Made by a program: the position numbers and the translations under genes. From assembly GCA_025201805.1 (NCBI GenBank), contig MU619305.1:105585-169584 (forward strand): a stretch of DNA of 64,000 nt, given 5' to 3'. Source of the DNA: Parasitella parasitica NRRL 2501. Lineage: Eukaryota; Fungi; Mucoromycota. The notes under the pieces are model-generated. The model saw only the letters and a program-made list of their open reading frames with translations. It was not told the origin of the DNA and made no database searches. How positions within the stretch are numbered: position 1 is the first letter of the stretch; the number at the start of each line of letters is the position of its first letter. Shown piece after piece: positions 61,996-64,000 of this stretch.

Positions 61996-63974
61996 ATGAC
62001 AACAACTGTTCCTGCTCATGCCGGTTCCTGGCATTTATTAGAAACACCACTAAGTGAATCCATGTAAGTGTATATAGGCTGCGATTGTACGGTACAGAAA
62101 AACTAAATTCAGCTCCAAGTCTATCTACATTGGATAACATGGGCTTCGATACAATGACTCCTGTTCAATCAGGCGCTATTCCACTTTTTATGAAAAACAA
62201 AGATGTTGTAGTCGAAGCAGTTACAGGTTCTGGCAAAACATTGTCGTTTGTAATTCCAATTCTCGAGAAACTATTGCGCAGAGATGAGCCCCTAAAAAAC
62301 CATGAAATCGGAGCTGTCATTATTACACCTACCCGAGAGCTTGCTCAACAAATTCATTCAGTATTCCAGATTTTTGTTCAAGACCATGAGCGAGCTGATG
62401 ATATCAACTTGGGCCTCTATATTGGTGGGTCGACTTCATTAGCAGAAGACATTTCTTCATTCAAAAAGGAACATCCTCGTATCCTGATTGGAACACCAGG
62501 TCGATTAGAAGAGTTGCTCACCAAGTCTGGGCAATTAGTGAACACCAAGGAATTGGAAGTTCTGGTTATGGATGAGGCTGACAGATTATTGGATATGGGG
62601 TTTTCCAAGCAACTAAGCAGTATCATTGCTCAATTACCCAAACAACGTCGTACAGGTCTTTTTTCTGCAACAATGACAGATGCAATTTCAGAGCTTGTTC
62701 GCGCCGGTCTTCGCAACCCTGTTCGCATTGTCGTCAAGGTAGAGGACCTTGCCAACAAGGGCGTTGTTCAACGAACACCTGCTACGCTAGACATTGATTA
62801 TCTCGTATGCGATGCGGATCAGAAATTATTGCAGGCAGCTCGTATCTTGGAAACAGAAATAGCAGACGACGAAGGCTCCCGTAAATTCATCATCTATTTT
62901 GCCACCTGCGCCATGGTCGACTACTTTTACAAAATTCTTTGTCGTTTGCCAAAACTAAAGTCCTTTTCTTTCCATTCACTTCATGGACAGATGGATACCA
63001 AGCGTAGATCAGCTACATACACATCATTCACAGAACTATCACCAGCAGTCCCTGCAGTCTTACTTTGTACTGATGTTGCATCGCGTGGACTGGACATTTC
63101 AGATTTAGATTACGTTATCCAAATTGACCCTCCTCAAGACCCTAAAGTCTTTTCTCATCGATGTGGTCGTGCGGGTCGTGCTGGGCGAAAGGGCCGTGCC
63201 ACTGTATTATTGGTGCGTGGTCGTGAAGAAGTGTATATCGATTTCCTCAAATTACGGAAAATTCCTATACAACGAAGATCTTACATTATGCCCGATTTGA
63301 CGATGTTTGATAATAGCATCGCTGCAGGAGATGATGAAAATGATGATAAAGCTACGTCTGTAGAAGTCAAGGACGAAGGTGTTTCTGAATTTATCCAACA
63401 AATGCGCTCCATCGTCAAGACTGACCGAGATATCAGCGATCGTGCAATCAAAGCTTTTGTATCTTGGGCCAGAGCTTATTCTAAGCATGAAGCCAGTTAC
63501 ATTTTCCGCATAAAAGATTTGGATCTAAGTCGATTGGCCATGGGATTTGGTCTTTTGAAGTTACCTAAAATGCCTGAACTGAAAGCGCAGAACGATAAAA
63601 GTCAATTTGTGGAAGAGGAAATCGATTGGGATTCGTTTAAATACACAGACAAAATGAGAGAGGCTAAACGCTTGAGAGAATTGAAAGAATATCAAGAGAA
63701 ACAGGCTGCTTCCAAACCTCAACTGCAAAAGAAAAAGATGAATTCAGCTTGGTCTGAAAAGGCAGATGCCAAAGAGAGAAAAATTGTGCGTAAAGAAAAA
63801 AAGCAAGCCAAGAAGGAATTTCTAAAGAAGGAAGCCCAGGCAGAAATTGAAAACAAAAAGAGACAATTAGAAGAAGAAAAGGAAGATTGGGAGGATTTTG
63901 CTAAAGAAGAGAGGATGTACAAAAAAACCAAGAAGGGCAAACTAGATAAAAGCGCATTTGATAAGATGTTTTAA
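61996..63974 (+). CDS. SPB4: DEAD-box RNA helicase Spb4/DDX55 (60S biogenesis), short first exon + long second exon
   Basis: MTPVQ (Q motif), VEAVTGSGKT, PTRELA, DEAD, SAT, TDVASRGLD, HRCGRAGR, AFVSWARAYSKH..IF, FGLLKLPKMPEL. Confidence 0.95.
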
Positions 63975-64000
63975 TGGTTTTTTTTTTTTTTTTTTTTTTT

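Noticed and set aside
1-64000. tRNA, rRNA or CRISPR arrays
   Set aside because: No tRNA cloverleaf with T-loop GTTCRA, rRNA conserved blocks or repeat-spacer arrays were found by eye; the sequence is eukaryotic.

Overview
Eukaryotic, AT-rich, gene-dense fungal DNA with short (~50-70 nt) GT-AG introns; gene content and repeat types point to a Mucorales (Mucoromycota) scaffold with four N-gaps. About 21 conventional protein genes are present (MRPL6 3' part, METTL25-like, LCB2, TEN1, NMNAT, peroxisomal ABCD transporter, HEATR6, ATP11, OXA1, a group-X-type STK-AAA-GAF hybrid histidine kinase, EF-1alpha, ABC1/ADCK kinase, an atypical adenylate kinase, ADAL, an OSBP, SWC5/CFDP1, a membrane-anchored GH9, FAHD1, HisRS, SPB4 and two hypotheticals), plus a near full-length L1-type LINE with a frameshifted ORF2, a Tc1/IS630-type transposase relic and a WWE-like pseudogene. 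The most notable unannotated signal is a dispersed family of 3 clear (up to 5) intronless 29-56 aa single-transmembrane microprotein genes at 53.6-55.1 kb (-) and 59.5-60.6 kb (+), sharing an acidic MA[DE][DE] N-terminus, an L[SD]LPxEV C-terminal motif and conserved TATA-containing promoter blocks; all but one are below the ORF-track cutoff. Other leads: a 26-nt EF-1alpha micro-exon flanked by an AG|GTAAG site and a GC-AG intron, a tandem-duplicated EF-1alpha promoter, an adenylate kinase/ADAL pair, and two candidate structured ncRNAs. Exon boundaries were read by eye; no database searches were run.
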